From Deferribacterales bacterium (lineage in GTDB: Bacteria > Chrysiogenota > Deferribacteres > Deferribacterales > Geovibrionaceae): DNA of 64,000 bases. The number at the start of each line of letters is the position of its first letter. Positions within the stretch are counted from its first letter, which is position 1. Where the stretch lies: contig JBFWJS010000001.1 of the NCBI GenBank assembly GCA_050253075.1, positions 128,001 through 192,000 on the forward strand, given 5' to 3'. Below are positions 51,681 through 62,202 of the stretch, in pieces. The notes under the pieces are model-generated. The model did not search any database. It was not told the DNA's origin and was given only the letters and a program-made list of their open reading frames with translations. The translations under genes and the position numbers were made by a program.

Positions 51681-52393
51681 ATTCCGAGCACCTGTTTCTG
51701 AGCTTTTGTGAGCGCCTCTATCCCTTTGAATCCGAGGTCGAGCATGCGGTTCAGCATGTCTCTGTCGAATGTCACCTTCTCTGCAGAGCCCTGTATCTCT
51801 ACTATCTCTCTCACATCTTTAACCACCAGGTTCATGTCTACGTCTGCCATGCTGTCTTCGACATATTCGAGGTCGAGCAGGGGCTCGCCCATCACTATCC
51901 CCACGCTGACGGCAGACACCATCCCCGTCACCGGATTTTCCTCTATCATATTATGCTCCACCATCCATTCACACGCCATATACAGAGCGCAGAATCCGCC
52001 CGTGATGGCTGCTGTTCTCGTTCCGCCGTCTGCCTGTATTACATCACAGTCGATCGTGACGGTGTTTTCGCCCATTTTGTCAAAGTCCACTGCGGCACGG
52101 AGCGAGCGTCCTATCAGTCTGGATATCTCCTGAGATCGTCCGTCCTGCTTCCCACGCTTAGACTCACGCTGGTTTCTCGTGTGTGTGGCTCTGGGGAGCA
52201 TGGCGTATTCAGCCGTTACCCAGCCTTTCCCCGTGTCTCTGAGGAATGGCGGCACGCCCTCTGTCACTGTTGCATTGCATATAACCTTTGTATCGCCGAA
52301 AGAGACCAGCACAGACCCCTCAGGGTGGCTGATGTAGTCTCTGATGATTTTTACGTCTCTCATCTGATCGTTCTTTCTTATCTTTCTTATCAT
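51677..52393 (-). CDS. rph: Ribonuclease PH
   Basis: [21 protein letters not shown]. Confidence 0.97.
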   Translation of the reverse strand: MIRKIRKNDQMRDVKIIRDYISHPEGSVLVSFGDTKVICNATVTEGVPPFLRDTGKGWVTAEYAMLPRATHTRNQRESKRGKQDGRSQEISRLIGRSLRAAVDFDKMGENTVTIDCDVIQADGGTRTAAITGGFCALYMACEWMVEHNMIEENPVTGMVSAVSVGIVMGEPLLDLEYVEDSMADVDMNLVVKDVREIVEIQGSAEKVTFDRDMLNRMLDLGFKGIEALTKAQKQVLGI

Positions 52394-52415
52394 ATATTCC
52401 CTCTGTTGTCGAAAT

Positions 52416-52513
52416 CGTCATCACGAAGCCAAAGGCTGAAGTGATCTTCCACGTTTGAAGAGTCAAACGATGCCGGAAGATTGCTTCGTCGGTCGAGCCT
52501 CCTCGCAATGACG
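52416..52513. repeat. Family B palindromic repeat
   Basis: CGTCATCACGA..GAAGTGATCTTCC...GGAAGATTGCTTCGTC..CTCGCAATGACG. Confidence 0.8.
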
Positions 52514-52528
52514 GTTGATATTATAAGT

Positions 52529-53263
52529 TTAGTCCTCAGCGATTACAAGTGCGCCGGGGTATCTGGAGGAGACTTTAGATTTGTAGTTTTCTGCTGCACT
52601 GCGGGAATTAAATCCTGTGACCTTAACACGATAGTAAGGCTTTCCGTTCACATACGCCATAACAACCTTTGAATTGCTGATGCCGTCTGCCAGATCACGG
52701 GCGTATTCCCTCTGGCTGAATGATGCGAGCTGTACGGAGAAATGTCCGTCCACGGGGTCTTCGTCGGCTCCGTTCAAGAGCTCCAGCGTCACCCTTGTGA
52801 GCCCCTTATCCACAATGCCCAGCCTCTGTGCGCCTGTGTATGAGAGGTCGATGATGCGCCCTCTCACATGGGGGCCTCTGTCGTTTATGGAGACTATGAT
52901 GTCCCGCCCTGTCTCAAGACACCTCACGAGAACCTTGCTCCCCAGAGGGAGCTGTTTATGGGCTGCGGTCATGGCATACATATCATACTTTTCCCCGCTG
53001 GCGGTGAGCTTTCCGTGCTCTTCCTTGCCATACCAGCTGGCGAGACCTGTCTGTGTAAACGATTTAACTGATTTAAGACGATAGTATGTGACACCCCGCA
53101 CGGTGTATGGTCTGTCGAAGACTGCACCGTCCATGACAGCGCCCGCAGGGGTTCTATTACCGCTCTGCACCGTGCCGTAGCTCGAGTGTGACGGTGTGGA
53201 TGTACACGCAATAAGCAGCAGGCAGAGACTAGTCAGCCTGAGAGCTTTTGTAGATATCGGCAA
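52529..53263 (-). CDS. rlpA: RlpA lytic transglycosylase lipoprotein with SPOR domain
   Basis: Lipobox LIAC, ASWYG, TAAHK, INDRGP, IIDLS; C-terminal SPOR. Start is uncertain. Confidence 0.9.
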   Translation of the reverse strand: MPISTKALRLTSLCLLLIACTSTPSHSSYGTVQSGNRTPAGAVMDGAVFDRPYTVRGVTYYRLKSVKSFTQTGLASWYGKEEHGKLTASGEKYDMYAMTAAHKQLPLGSKVLVRCLETGRDIIVSINDRGPHVRGRIIDLSYTGAQRLGIVDKGLTRVTLELLNGADEDPVDGHFSVQLASFSQREYARDLADGISNSKVVMAYVNGKPYYRVKVTGFNSRSAAENYKSKVSSRYPGALVIAED

Positions 53264-54278
53264 GTTTTTCAGCGCCTTCTTCAATGCTGTCATACTTTAT
53301 CACATGGTCCGGTTTCTGTGGTATTGAACGCAGATAGAGCGGGTCGTAATACTCCACCAGCAGGTCACGGGTAAATGTCTCGTAGTCCTGCCTGTCAAGC
53401 ATTGCCGACAGCTCCGCCACCTTTGTATTGCCTATATAAGGCTTAAGGCGCAGGAGCGACACTCTTATCTCATCTATATATCGGTCGGGTTTATAGTTTT
53501 CTACAGTAAACGAAATGCGGAAATCAAGGCTTGTGTCTGCCACAACGCTGATCCCCGACTGCATCCTGTCGAAAATCGGGTTCGGGATGCTCACCTTTCC
53601 GATCTTTTTGCTTTCACCTTCTACTAAAAAGAGCCTCCCCCCTTTTCTATAGAATGTATGCCAAATTTTCGATTCGAAATTCTTCTGTGTGACGCTTTCA
53701 TAGTCCGGCTCGTCCACCTTGCCGAAGCTGGAGCCTTTGTGTGCGGCATGCTTCTCAAGGTCCAGCACGTTCAGCCCCTCGCTTTCCAGCCTGCGCAGTA
53801 TCTCTGTCTTTGCGCATCCTGTCGGGCCGTAAAGGTTTATGAAGCGGTATTCGGGCGGGAAGTTATCCATAAAATCCGCAACATGTATGCGGTAGCTCTT
53901 CCATCCGCCTTTTATAACGTATATCTGCATCCCTGCTATGCGCACGAGCCCCGCAGAGCTGTTGCTCCGCAGACCGCCCCGCCAGCAGTAGCAGACTGTC
54001 ATCTTATTATTCTGTTTTATCGTGAGGAACTGACGTATGAAGTCGGGCAGCTTCGGGCTGACCAGCTCCACACCGAGCATTCTGGCGTCCTTCGGGCCTT
54101 CGTGCTTATAGCAGATGCCCACCTGTTTACGCTCTTCGTCGTCGAGCAGAGGTATATTCACCGCCGTGGGGATATGATCCTCGGCAAACTCAGAGGGCGA
54201 ACGCACATCGATAAGGTTGATGCTGTCCAGCCCCTTTTCCAGAATATAGCTCAGCTCCAGCTCTTCGTTCAGGCTCAC
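53229..54278 (-). CDS. mnmH: tRNA 2-selenouridine synthase
   Basis: Rhodanese DVRSPSEF and CWRGGLRS, P-loop GPTGCAKT, HKGSSFG, YYDPLY. Confidence 0.95.
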   Translation of the reverse strand: MSLNEELELSYILEKGLDSINLIDVRSPSEFAEDHIPTAVNIPLLDDEERKQVGICYKHEGPKDARMLGVELVSPKLPDFIRQFLTIKQNNKMTVCYCWRGGLRSNSSAGLVRIAGMQIYVIKGGWKSYRIHVADFMDNFPPEYRFINLYGPTGCAKTEILRRLESEGLNVLDLEKHAAHKGSSFGKVDEPDYESVTQKNFESKIWHTFYRKGGRLFLVEGESKKIGKVSIPNPIFDRMQSGISVVADTSLDFRISFTVENYKPDRYIDEIRVSLLRLKPYIGNTKVAELSAMLDRQDYETFTRDLLVEYYDPLYLRSIPQKPDHVIKYDSIEEGAEKLADIYKSSQAD

Positions 54279-55165
54279 TTGAATTTCAGTATCGTATCGA
54301 TGAAATGCTTAAGGAGTTTTTTGTTCGTTCTGTTTTTGCTGTAGACGACATAAACATCCTTTTCCACCATAAGGTCTGTGACGGGGATCGCCTTAACAGA
54401 GGAATCATGCTCCTCTTCGGCGAGAGCCATTTCAGACATGAAGGCTATACCCAGCTCACGCTTCACCGCATTACGTATGGAGAACGTACTGCTGAGAACA
54501 GCCACGGCGTTCAGACTGTCGAAGTCGTAGCCCTTGTTCTTAAAAGCGTGCTCCACTGATGCTCTGGTTCCCGAGCCCACCTCACGTGTGATGAACTCCT
54601 CGCCCAGTATCTCTTCGATAAAGACGGAGTCACGGGTATAGAATTTATGATTTTTGTGCACGATGAGCACTATCTTATCTTTGGTGAGAACCTTATACTC
54701 GATATCTTTCTTAGGTATCTTTCTCGCTACGATGGCGAGGTCGAGTATACCGTCGGAGAGCCTCTGTATAACATTCTGAGTGTTTCCGTTATCAATGGTA
54801 AAGAAGGTCTTGTAGTAGTCTTCTTTGAATTTCTTTATAACCTCGGGGAGGATGAACTCCGCAGCGACGGTGCTGTAGCCGATGTGCAGGTGTCCGCTCA
54901 CTTCGTTGAGGAACTCTTTGACCGCTTCGTGAGAACGCTCACGAAGGTCGAGTATATCGACTGCATAGGGATAAAAGACCTGCCCCGCCTCTGTCAGCAC
55001 TACTTCCTTTGAAAGTCTGTCAAAGAGCTTTACCCCGAGCTGTTCCTCAAGGGTGCTGATGTGTGTAGAGATGGTGGGCTGAGATAAAAGGAGCTTTTCC
55101 GCTGCTCTCGAAAAAGATTTGTACTTTGCCACAAATACAAATGCTTCGATCTGTTTGAAATCCAT
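54275..55165 (-). CDS. LysR regulator (CysL-like, selenium-gene associated)
   Basis: SFSRAA, SQPTIS, REVGSGTR; overlaps the mnmH start. Confidence 0.9.
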   Translation of the reverse strand: MDFKQIEAFVFVAKYKSFSRAAEKLLLSQPTISTHISTLEEQLGVKLFDRLSKEVVLTEAGQVFYPYAVDILDLRERSHEAVKEFLNEVSGHLHIGYSTVAAEFILPEVIKKFKEDYYKTFFTIDNGNTQNVIQRLSDGILDLAIVARKIPKKDIEYKVLTKDKIVLIVHKNHKFYTRDSVFIEEILGEEFITREVGSGTRASVEHAFKNKGYDFDSLNAVAVLSSTFSIRNAVKRELGIAFMSEMALAEEEHDSSVKAIPVTDLMVEKDVYVVYSKNRTNKKLLKHFIDTILKFK

Positions 55166-55257
55166 ATGCTTCTCCGTGTTATTATGAATCATGATAGCGA
55201 ATCAAGTAATCAACAATAGCATAATGATTAAGAAAATCAATAACGAAAATATATGAC

Positions 55258-56841
55258 TTAGTGAATATTGCTTTTGAGGCACCTATGGTTCAGCCTGTAC
55301 AGCCTCAAAGCACCGCCATCGGCATAAACCAGCCTGAAACACTGCATATCGGCAGTGCCTATAACAGCGAGTCTGAAATATACGGTATCCTCCAATGAGA
55401 TAGCCTGAGAGCTTTCAGCATTTCCAATACCTGTCAAAATCACTCCGTTTTTATCCTGTACTGCTTTATACCCCGCAGTGGTAAGCAGTCCGCTCATTTT
55501 TTTGTCCATATCAGGGGTAAAAAGGAGATAAATATGACTGCTTCCAGAAGCATCATAAAGCATATCTGCACTTGCTCTTTCATCCGTCTGAAATATGGCA
55601 TCGGCGTATGCCTTTGCCCCTTGTTTAAACTGGCTGGCTCCGTCGGCAAGGACTCTCCGCCCCGCAAGGTGCTCGATTGCAAAGCCTTTATCCCAGATGC
55701 CGGCTATCACGGCATCCTTTTCCGTGGCATCCAGATGCTTTATAAGGGCTGCCGTCTCCCTGCTCAGAGACGGCTCGGGAATGATATACAGGTTCTCATA
55801 AACCGGGATGAATATCAGACAGGCTGTCACCATCGCATATCCCAGAGCACATCGCTTCGGCAGGCATTTGTCGAACAGCACGCCTATCCCCGCACCGCAA
55901 AGGGGCGAGAGGAACATCGCAAAGCGGATACCCTTTGTAAAAGCAAAGAGGCCCAGCAGATAAAAAACAGCCATAAAAACCATATGCCGTCCGGATATCA
56001 CAGACAGCAGAAGCCCGATGACGGCGAGCCACCAGTATGTGCCCACATGCTTCATCGTTTCGGTAAACGGTAGCACAGTGAGCTCTGCAACATCGGCATA
56101 AACATGCTGTACGGATGAGCTGTCGACAAACTGAAATAAATTCATAAAACCTGAAAAGAAGACAAACGGAGAAGCAAGCACTATATAAACAAATGCCGAG
56201 AGTGATATAGTCCGCAGCCCATGAGTGCGCACGGCAAACATCAGCAGGAGAAAATACACAAGGGTGAACCCGCTGTGGAAATACCACAGCCAGAATATAT
56301 ACATGGTAATGCCCGCCAGAGCAGACCAGAGGACAGCCCGCCCCCTCTCCGCCATAAAGACGCACAGAGCACCCATAGAAAGGAAGAACAGGTTCAGCAT
56401 GTCCGTGTCTATCTGATAAGCCGACGTGCGGGACAGATAAGCAAATGACAATGCACCCAGAAGCCCTGCTCCGACACCGCTGGCGGGGTATCCCGCAAGG
56501 TAAAAGAACATCCCGAGGGGGAAGATGAACAGCCCCGACAAAAATACTGTCATGAGACTGCCTGCCCTCTCAAATGACAAGCCCGAAACACCGCTGACAG
56601 CGGATATCGTCCTGCTGATAAGGGGCACTGCGGGAGGTTTCGACGCAGGGGAAAGAGTATCATCACCTTTTACATATGAGCCTTCGGATATTTCCTTTGC
56701 AAAGCGCACCCAGCGGTATCCGTCGTCTGTGGTCAGCACTGTCTCCCCGATGGAGAGAACCTCATGCTGGTGAAGCCGAACACCCGTGGAAAAGCCGTAT
56801 ATAAGAACTAAAAATAAAATAAAAACACTAAGTCTCTTCAT
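55258..56841 (-). CDS. Compact STT3/PglB-like oligosaccharyltransferase
   Basis: TTDDGY, DTDM, VAE, GIRF, IWDKG (WWDxG variant), ADG; many transmembrane helices. Confidence 0.7.
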   Translation of the reverse strand: MKRLSVFILFLVLIYGFSTGVRLHQHEVLSIGETVLTTDDGYRWVRFAKEISEGSYVKGDDTLSPASKPPAVPLISRTISAVSGVSGLSFERAGSLMTVFLSGLFIFPLGMFFYLAGYPASGVGAGLLGALSFAYLSRTSAYQIDTDMLNLFFLSMGALCVFMAERGRAVLWSALAGITMYIFWLWYFHSGFTLVYFLLLMFAVRTHGLRTISLSAFVYIVLASPFVFFSGFMNLFQFVDSSSVQHVYADVAELTVLPFTETMKHVGTYWWLAVIGLLLSVISGRHMVFMAVFYLLGLFAFTKGIRFAMFLSPLCGAGIGVLFDKCLPKRCALGYAMVTACLIFIPVYENLYIIPEPSLSRETAALIKHLDATEKDAVIAGIWDKGFAIEHLAGRRVLADGASQFKQGAKAYADAIFQTDERASADMLYDASGSSHIYLLFTPDMDKKMSGLLTTAGYKAVQDKNGVILTGIGNAESSQAISLEDTVYFRLAVIGTADMQCFRLVYADGGALRLYRLNHRCLKSNIH

Positions 56842-56852
56842 ATTTGTCTGTG

Positions 56853-56876
56853 AAAAAAGGGGGCTCATGCCCCCTT
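56853..56876 (-). terminator. Intrinsic terminator after pepA
   Basis: AAGGGGGC-ATGA-GCCCCCTT followed by TTTT on the minus strand. Confidence 0.75.
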
Positions 56877-56881
56877 ATAAA

Positions 56882-58378
56882 TTACTCTGCTGTATAGTTT
56901 GTCTTAAGAAACTCTGCGATGAGTCTCACACCGAATCCCGTGGCATGCTTGCCGAAAACGGGGTGCGGTTCGTTAAGGTATGCCGGCCCTGCGATGTCGA
57001 GGTGTATCCACGGCCAGTTGTCCACAAATTCCTGAAGGAAAAGCCCTGCTATGGTAGAGCCGGCCTCACCCTTCTGCTTTGCTATGTTGCGCAGGTCTGC
57101 GATGTCACTCTTTATGCGTCCTTCGTATGCCTCCAGAAGCGGAAGCTCCCATATATCTTCGCCCAGCTCGCCTGAAACATCAGATATATTTTTTGCGAGG
57201 AACTTTCTGTTGCTGAAGAGCCCCGCACAGTGAGAGCCGAGTGCGACGATACATGCACCTGTCAGTGTCGCAACGTCTATGATGACCTCAGGGTCTGTCT
57301 TTGTCGCTTCATACAGAGCATCGGCAAGGATCAGCCTGCCCTCTGCGTCTGTGTTTAGTATCTCTATGGTCTTACCCATTTTGCTGGTGAGTATATCGCC
57401 CGGCTTGTATGCACATGTGCCGATGATGTTTTCCACCAGAGGGATATATGTCTTTATATTCACAGCCATGTTTGTATCCGCTGCGAGCTTTGTCACGGCG
57501 AGCACTGTCGCACCGCCCGACATATCTGTTTTCATATCTTCGATAGAGCCTGTCGGCTTCAGGTTTGAACCGCCAGAGTCGAATGTCACGCCTTTACCCA
57601 CGAGGGCTACGTGCTGCTCTGTTGCCGGTGCACCGTTGTATTCCAGCTTGAGGAAACGGGGGAGGTTTGTGCTCCCTTTACCCACTGCGTATACGAGCGG
57701 ATAGTCCTTTTTCAGCACTTCGATGTCATCGATGACGCTTACTTTCAGCTTGTCGTCTGCGAGCTCCAGAGCCTTTTCGGCGAATATCTCAGGCGTCATG
57801 TCCGCAGGGGGAGTGTTGATGAGGTCTTTCGCCAGATAGATAGACTCGAAAACAGAGTTCCACCCGTCTGCACTGTCGTCCACGAACCTTTTCAGCTTTG
57901 TGAATGCGGTGATGACCTCTACCTCTTCGAACTGATAGTGCTTCTCCTGCCTGCTTTTGAAAGTATCGAAGCTGTACTGACCGAAGAAGAGACCGTCGAT
58001 GAACGACTTTGTAAAGTTTACGTCCTTTTTCTCCATATATATATCTTCGAATGAGAGGAGGGAAAAGGATGTGATGCGCTCCGCCTTAAGGAGCTTTGCG
58101 AAGCTGCTGCCGAGCTCGGTATAGTATCTGTAGCCCGCAGGGTCTTTCGGCACCGTGACTATATATACTTTTTTCAGCTTTCCGCCTATTTCCATGAAAA
58201 ATCCGGTAAATTCCTTCTCTTCGAATGAAAAATAGTCGGATGACATTACATTATTTATCTCGTCTTCTATCTTTTTACCTGTAAGGGGCTTAAGAGAGCG
58301 CATGTTCCTGTAAACAGGGATAAGAATTGCATCTTTTTTGGAATTCAGCGCCGTCTTTTTTCTGCAAGAAATCTTCAT
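56882..58378 (-). CDS. pepA: Leucyl aminopeptidase (M17)
   Basis: GKGVTFDSGG, MKTDM, NTDAEGR, HLDIAG. Confidence 0.95.
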   Translation of the reverse strand: MKISCRKKTALNSKKDAILIPVYRNMRSLKPLTGKKIEDEINNVMSSDYFSFEEKEFTGFFMEIGGKLKKVYIVTVPKDPAGYRYYTELGSSFAKLLKAERITSFSLLSFEDIYMEKKDVNFTKSFIDGLFFGQYSFDTFKSRQEKHYQFEEVEVITAFTKLKRFVDDSADGWNSVFESIYLAKDLINTPPADMTPEIFAEKALELADDKLKVSVIDDIEVLKKDYPLVYAVGKGSTNLPRFLKLEYNGAPATEQHVALVGKGVTFDSGGSNLKPTGSIEDMKTDMSGGATVLAVTKLAADTNMAVNIKTYIPLVENIIGTCAYKPGDILTSKMGKTIEILNTDAEGRLILADALYEATKTDPEVIIDVATLTGACIVALGSHCAGLFSNRKFLAKNISDVSGELGEDIWELPLLEAYEGRIKSDIADLRNIAKQKGEAGSTIAGLFLQEFVDNWPWIHLDIAGPAYLNEPHPVFGKHATGFGVRLIAEFLKTNYTAE

Positions 58379-58484
58379 TTAAACTAACCTCGTTGTAAGT
58401 TGGAGTAATTTCATACTATTAAGCTACTTTTTACCTAACATTTCAAGTGGAAAGAAATATGTAATATTTTTTTAAATTTATATG

Positions 58485-58513
58485 TTGACATAGGAATCAA
58501 AAGTTGATAATCT
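58485..58513 (+). promoter_or_regulatory. tRNA promoter
   Basis: TTGACA-17 bp-TAATCT with an extended TG. Confidence 0.7.
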
Positions 58514-58526
58514 TCCATTCCCTTGA

Positions 58527-58603
<77 letters not shown>

Positions 58604-58611
58604 AAAATAAC

Positions 58612-58638
58612 AGCCCACCCTTAACAGGTGGGCTTTTT
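58612..58638 (+). terminator. Terminator after the tRNA
   Basis: AGCCCACC...GGTGGGCT followed by TTTT. Confidence 0.85.
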
Positions 58639-58671
58639 GCTTTTAAGGGTTTATTTTCAGGCGGTGTGCTT

Positions 58672-59550
58672 ATGAGCAACGGTATGCTGTACTTTTTCCT
58701 CACCCTCGGCATGATATGCTGGGGCGAATCATGGATATCTGCAAAACTACTCGCAGGGATAGCGACACCCGAGGCACTTGTCTTCTGGCGTTTTTTCATA
58801 ACATGGCTTACGTTCATTCCGGTGCTTTACCTTTTTAAACAGCCTTTCAAAATAAACATAAAAGGACTGACAGTGGCCGCGCTCACTGCTCTGCTCATGG
58901 TTTTCTACAACGAAATGTTCTTCAGAGGACTAGTGGACGGACTGGCAGGGGCGGGAGGCATACTCGTCACAACTCTTGTACCGATACTCACATTCGGCAT
59001 AGGGTGCATCATCACTCTGAAAGCGCCGACGCTGAAAGATACATTCGGGCTTCTGCTCGGTCTCACGGGTGCTGCCATCATCATGCAGATATGGCATCTC
59101 GACATACACCTGCTCTTTAAAAGCGGGAACGCATACTTCCTTCTGGCTGCACTATCATGGGCAAGCCTCACACACCTGAGCACTAAGGCGAGGGAATACA
59201 CATCTGCATACACTTTTAGTTTTTACCTGTTTCTGCTGACTGCTGTTTTTGACCTGATAATGGTTTATACCACGGGAGGGACAGTGGCAGTGGTCGCCAA
59301 TGACACATTCGTATTGAATATCATTCTGATAGCCGTGGGAGCCACGACATTCGGCACTACGATATACTTCATCGCCGCATCCCGTCTCGGCGGGCAAAAG
59401 GCGAGCTCGTTCATATTTCTAGTTCCGCTGAACGCACTGGTGATGAGCTATGTCTTCCTCGACGAGCCTATCACGCTGAACACTGTCGTGGGCGGTCTTT
59501 CAGCTATCACTGCCGTGTATCTGATCAACCACCGCAGGAAGGCTAGATAA
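58672..59550 (+). CDS. DMT/EamA family transporter
   Basis: About 10 transmembrane helices in two EamA repeats (CWG, FLDEPIT). Start moved past the tRNA. Confidence 0.9.
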   Translation: MSNGMLYFFLTLGMICWGESWISAKLLAGIATPEALVFWRFFITWLTFIPVLYLFKQPFKINIKGLTVAALTALLMVFYNEMFFRGLVDGLAGAGGILVTTLVPILTFGIGCIITLKAPTLKDTFGLLLGLTGAAIIMQIWHLDIHLLFKSGNAYFLLAALSWASLTHLSTKAREYTSAYTFSFYLFLLTAVFDLIMVYTTGGTVAVVANDTFVLNIILIAVGATTFGTTIYFIAASRLGGQKASSFIFLVPLNALVMSYVFLDEPITLNTVVGGLSAITAVYLINHRRKAR

Positions 59551-61003
59551 ACATATCCGAGGCAGATTTCGCTATTGAGCTGTAGAGGTTCATATATTCC
59601 TTAGCGGAATTTTCCCAGCTATAGTCCTTTTTCATCGCCCGTTTCTGCATTATCTCTATGTGCTCGGGTCTGTCGTAATATGTGCTGACAGCCCATCCTA
59701 TCGTATCGAAAAGTGCTCCTGAGCTTATGGCATAGAATTTAAAGCCTGTCCCTTCGGCCGTCTGCTCGTCATAATTATCAACAGTGTCGTCCAGCCCGCC
59801 TGTGGCACGCACCAGAGGCAGTGTGCCGTATGCGAGGGAATACATCTGGTTCAGCCCGCAGGGTTCATAAAGGGAAGGCATGAGAAAGAAATCCGCCCCG
59901 GCCTCTACAAGGTGCGCCAGCTCCTCGCTGTATCCTATATAGCTCCCGCATTCACCGGGAAATCTGCCCGGCAGATTACCGAAGAAGTCCTCATACTGCT
60001 GTTCGCCCGAACCGACGACGACAAACTGACAAGCCATCTCCAGCACGGCACGCTCTATGGCGGGCTGCATGAGATACATTCCCTTCTGATCGGCGAAACG
60101 CCCCACAAAGCCGAACAGCGCAACGCTCGGGTCTACTGTCAGCCCGAAACGTTTCTGAAGCTCCTGCTTGTTCTTAGCCTTTTTAGCCAGTGATTTATAT
60201 GTATAATTCTGCGGAATGTACTTATCCTTCGCAGGGTTCCACACGTCTGTGTCTATGCCGTTCAGTATGCCGCTGAGGTCGCCCCCTCTATGGTTCAGTA
60301 TGTCGTGCAAACCCGACGAGCCTATCGGCCCTCTGATCTCTTCTGCGTATTTGGGGCTGACGGTGGTTATCTTGTCAGCGAATGCTATCCCGCCTTTCAG
60401 CAGGTTCACATCGTTGAATGACTCGAACGCCATAGGGTGCATATCCTCGTCCATGATGCCTGCGTAATCCCTGAATTCTCCGCCGTATATGCCCTGATAG
60501 CCTATGTTGTGTATGGTCAGCACGGATGCAGTGTCTGCAAAGTAAGGGTCAAAGTGCTTCTTAAGGTAATAAGGCACCAGAGCCGTCTGCCAGTCATTTG
60601 CGTGCATTACATCAGGTACGAATTTAATATCCTTCGCCACCTGAAAAGCCGCCTTCGAGAGGAAGCTGAAACGGTACGGATTATCCCCGTATTCGCCCGC
60701 TTTGGTATGATAAATGCCTTCACGGCTGAAATATTTGTCAAATTTTATAAAGTAGAAGTCCACCCCGCCGTCTTTGGCATGGTGGAGAGAGTAGAACTCT
60801 TCGCAGTTCCCCATGTGTACACAGCACCCCGTCATAAGCTCTGTTATGCCGTATTTCACCGTGTCGATGGAGCTGTAAAGGGGCATTACGACCTTTACGT
60901 CATTTGTTCCCGAGAGAGCCTTTGGAAGGGCAGAGCAGACATCCGCCAGACCGCCTGTCTTTGCGTATGGAGCGGCTTCGCTTGTGACAAACATTATGTT
61001 CAT
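59543..61003 (-). CDS. glgA: Glycogen synthase
   Basis: KTGGL, HANDWQT, TIHN, EPCGL. Confidence 0.96.
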   Translation of the reverse strand: MNIMFVTSEAAPYAKTGGLADVCSALPKALSGTNDVKVVMPLYSSIDTVKYGITELMTGCCVHMGNCEEFYSLHHAKDGGVDFYFIKFDKYFSREGIYHTKAGEYGDNPYRFSFLSKAAFQVAKDIKFVPDVMHANDWQTALVPYYLKKHFDPYFADTASVLTIHNIGYQGIYGGEFRDYAGIMDEDMHPMAFESFNDVNLLKGGIAFADKITTVSPKYAEEIRGPIGSSGLHDILNHRGGDLSGILNGIDTDVWNPAKDKYIPQNYTYKSLAKKAKNKQELQKRFGLTVDPSVALFGFVGRFADQKGMYLMQPAIERAVLEMACQFVVVGSGEQQYEDFFGNLPGRFPGECGSYIGYSEELAHLVEAGADFFLMPSLYEPCGLNQMYSLAYGTLPLVRATGGLDDTVDNYDEQTAEGTGFKFYAISSGALFDTIGWAVSTYYDRPEHIEIMQKRAMKKDYSWENSAKEYMNLYSSIAKSASDMFI

Positions 61004-61083
61004 ATGTGACCCCGTGATGAGTTAATACATCTAAGGTTTAACGCATTTTAGAAGGGATGTCTAGGGAAGTGGAAGAATTATTC

Positions 61084-61145
61084 ATCATTCTGAACGGAGT
61101 GAAGAATCTGATCGACACAGATCCTTCGCCCCCGCTCAGGATGAC
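61084..61145. repeat. Family A palindromic repeat
   Basis: ATCATTCTGAAC..GTGAAGAATCTG...CAGATCCTTCGC..CTCAGGATGAC. Confidence 0.85.
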
Positions 61146-61156
61146 ATATTTGTTTA

Positions 61157-62044
61157 TTACTTTTCAGCCTTTACTGTCTGGCTGAGGATATTTTCAGCTA
61201 TGGCTTTGAATGCCTGTGCAGTAGGTGTATCCGTCACTTCGAGCACATAAGGCTTTCCGCTGTCGCCCTGTACCACGACCATAGGGTCGATAGGCACTCG
61301 TCCGAGGAAGTTAACTTCCATCTCGCCCGCAGCCTTTTCACCGCCGCCAGATTTAAACAGGTCTACTGTCTCGCCGCAGTGAGGGCATACCATGCCGGAC
61401 ATGTTCTCAACTATGCCGTATATCGGGATGTTGAGCTTACGTGCGAATGTCACAGACTTTCTGGAGTCGAGGAGCGCAACTTCCTGTGGTGTTGTCACGA
61501 TGACAGTACCGTCCACATTCCCCTTGCCGATGATGTGAGCCACGGAAAGAGGCTCGTCGCCTGTGCCGGGCGGAAGGTCGATGATGAGGAAATCAAGGTC
61601 GCCCCATTCCACATCGCTCATGAACTGCTCTATCATGCCGTGCTTCACAGGTGCACGCCAGATGACAGCATCGTCGTCGTCACGCACGAGGAAACCGACA
61701 GACATAACTTTCAGTCCTTCTACAGCCTCGAAAGGAACAAGCCCTTCTTCGCTGGACTGAACGCCCTTTTGTGTCATGCCGAACATTTTCGGAATGTTTG
61801 GTCCGTGGATGTCCGCATCGAGGATACCTACGGAAAAACCGAGGGCGTGGAGAGCAGATGCAAGGCTGACGCTGACGGTAGATTTACCTACGCCCCCCTT
61901 ACCGCTCATGACCATTATCTTATATTTTATTTTCGACAGTCTAGCAGTCAGCATAGCTTGGGTATGCTGCTTTTTCTCGTCTGCATCACAGGAACCCTGT
62001 GTATTGCACGAGCTGCATGAGCTGCCTGAATCACAACTACTCAT
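61157..62044 (-). CDS. Mrp/NBP35 (ApbC) Fe-S carrier ATPase
   Basis: GKGGVGKS, DLPPGTGD, ENMS, CPHC. Confidence 0.95.
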   Translation of the reverse strand: MSSCDSGSSCSSCNTQGSCDADEKKQHTQAMLTARLSKIKYKIMVMSGKGGVGKSTVSVSLASALHALGFSVGILDADIHGPNIPKMFGMTQKGVQSSEEGLVPFEAVEGLKVMSVGFLVRDDDDAVIWRAPVKHGMIEQFMSDVEWGDLDFLIIDLPPGTGDEPLSVAHIIGKGNVDGTVIVTTPQEVALLDSRKSVTFARKLNIPIYGIVENMSGMVCPHCGETVDLFKSGGGEKAAGEMEVNFLGRVPIDPMVVVQGDSGKPYVLEVTDTPTAQAFKAIAENILSQTVKAEK

Positions 62045-62202
62045 GGAGTACCTCCGTTTGTTTAGGGTCAGTTTTCAAATATATAAACAATCGAATATTA
62101 TTACCAGAAGTTTTTCAATATTCTAATTTCGGTGTAAATAGATATTTTTATTGCCTGTTTTATTCTTAGAAGTTAAAATAGTTTGTAAGAGAAGGTATTT
62201 GA

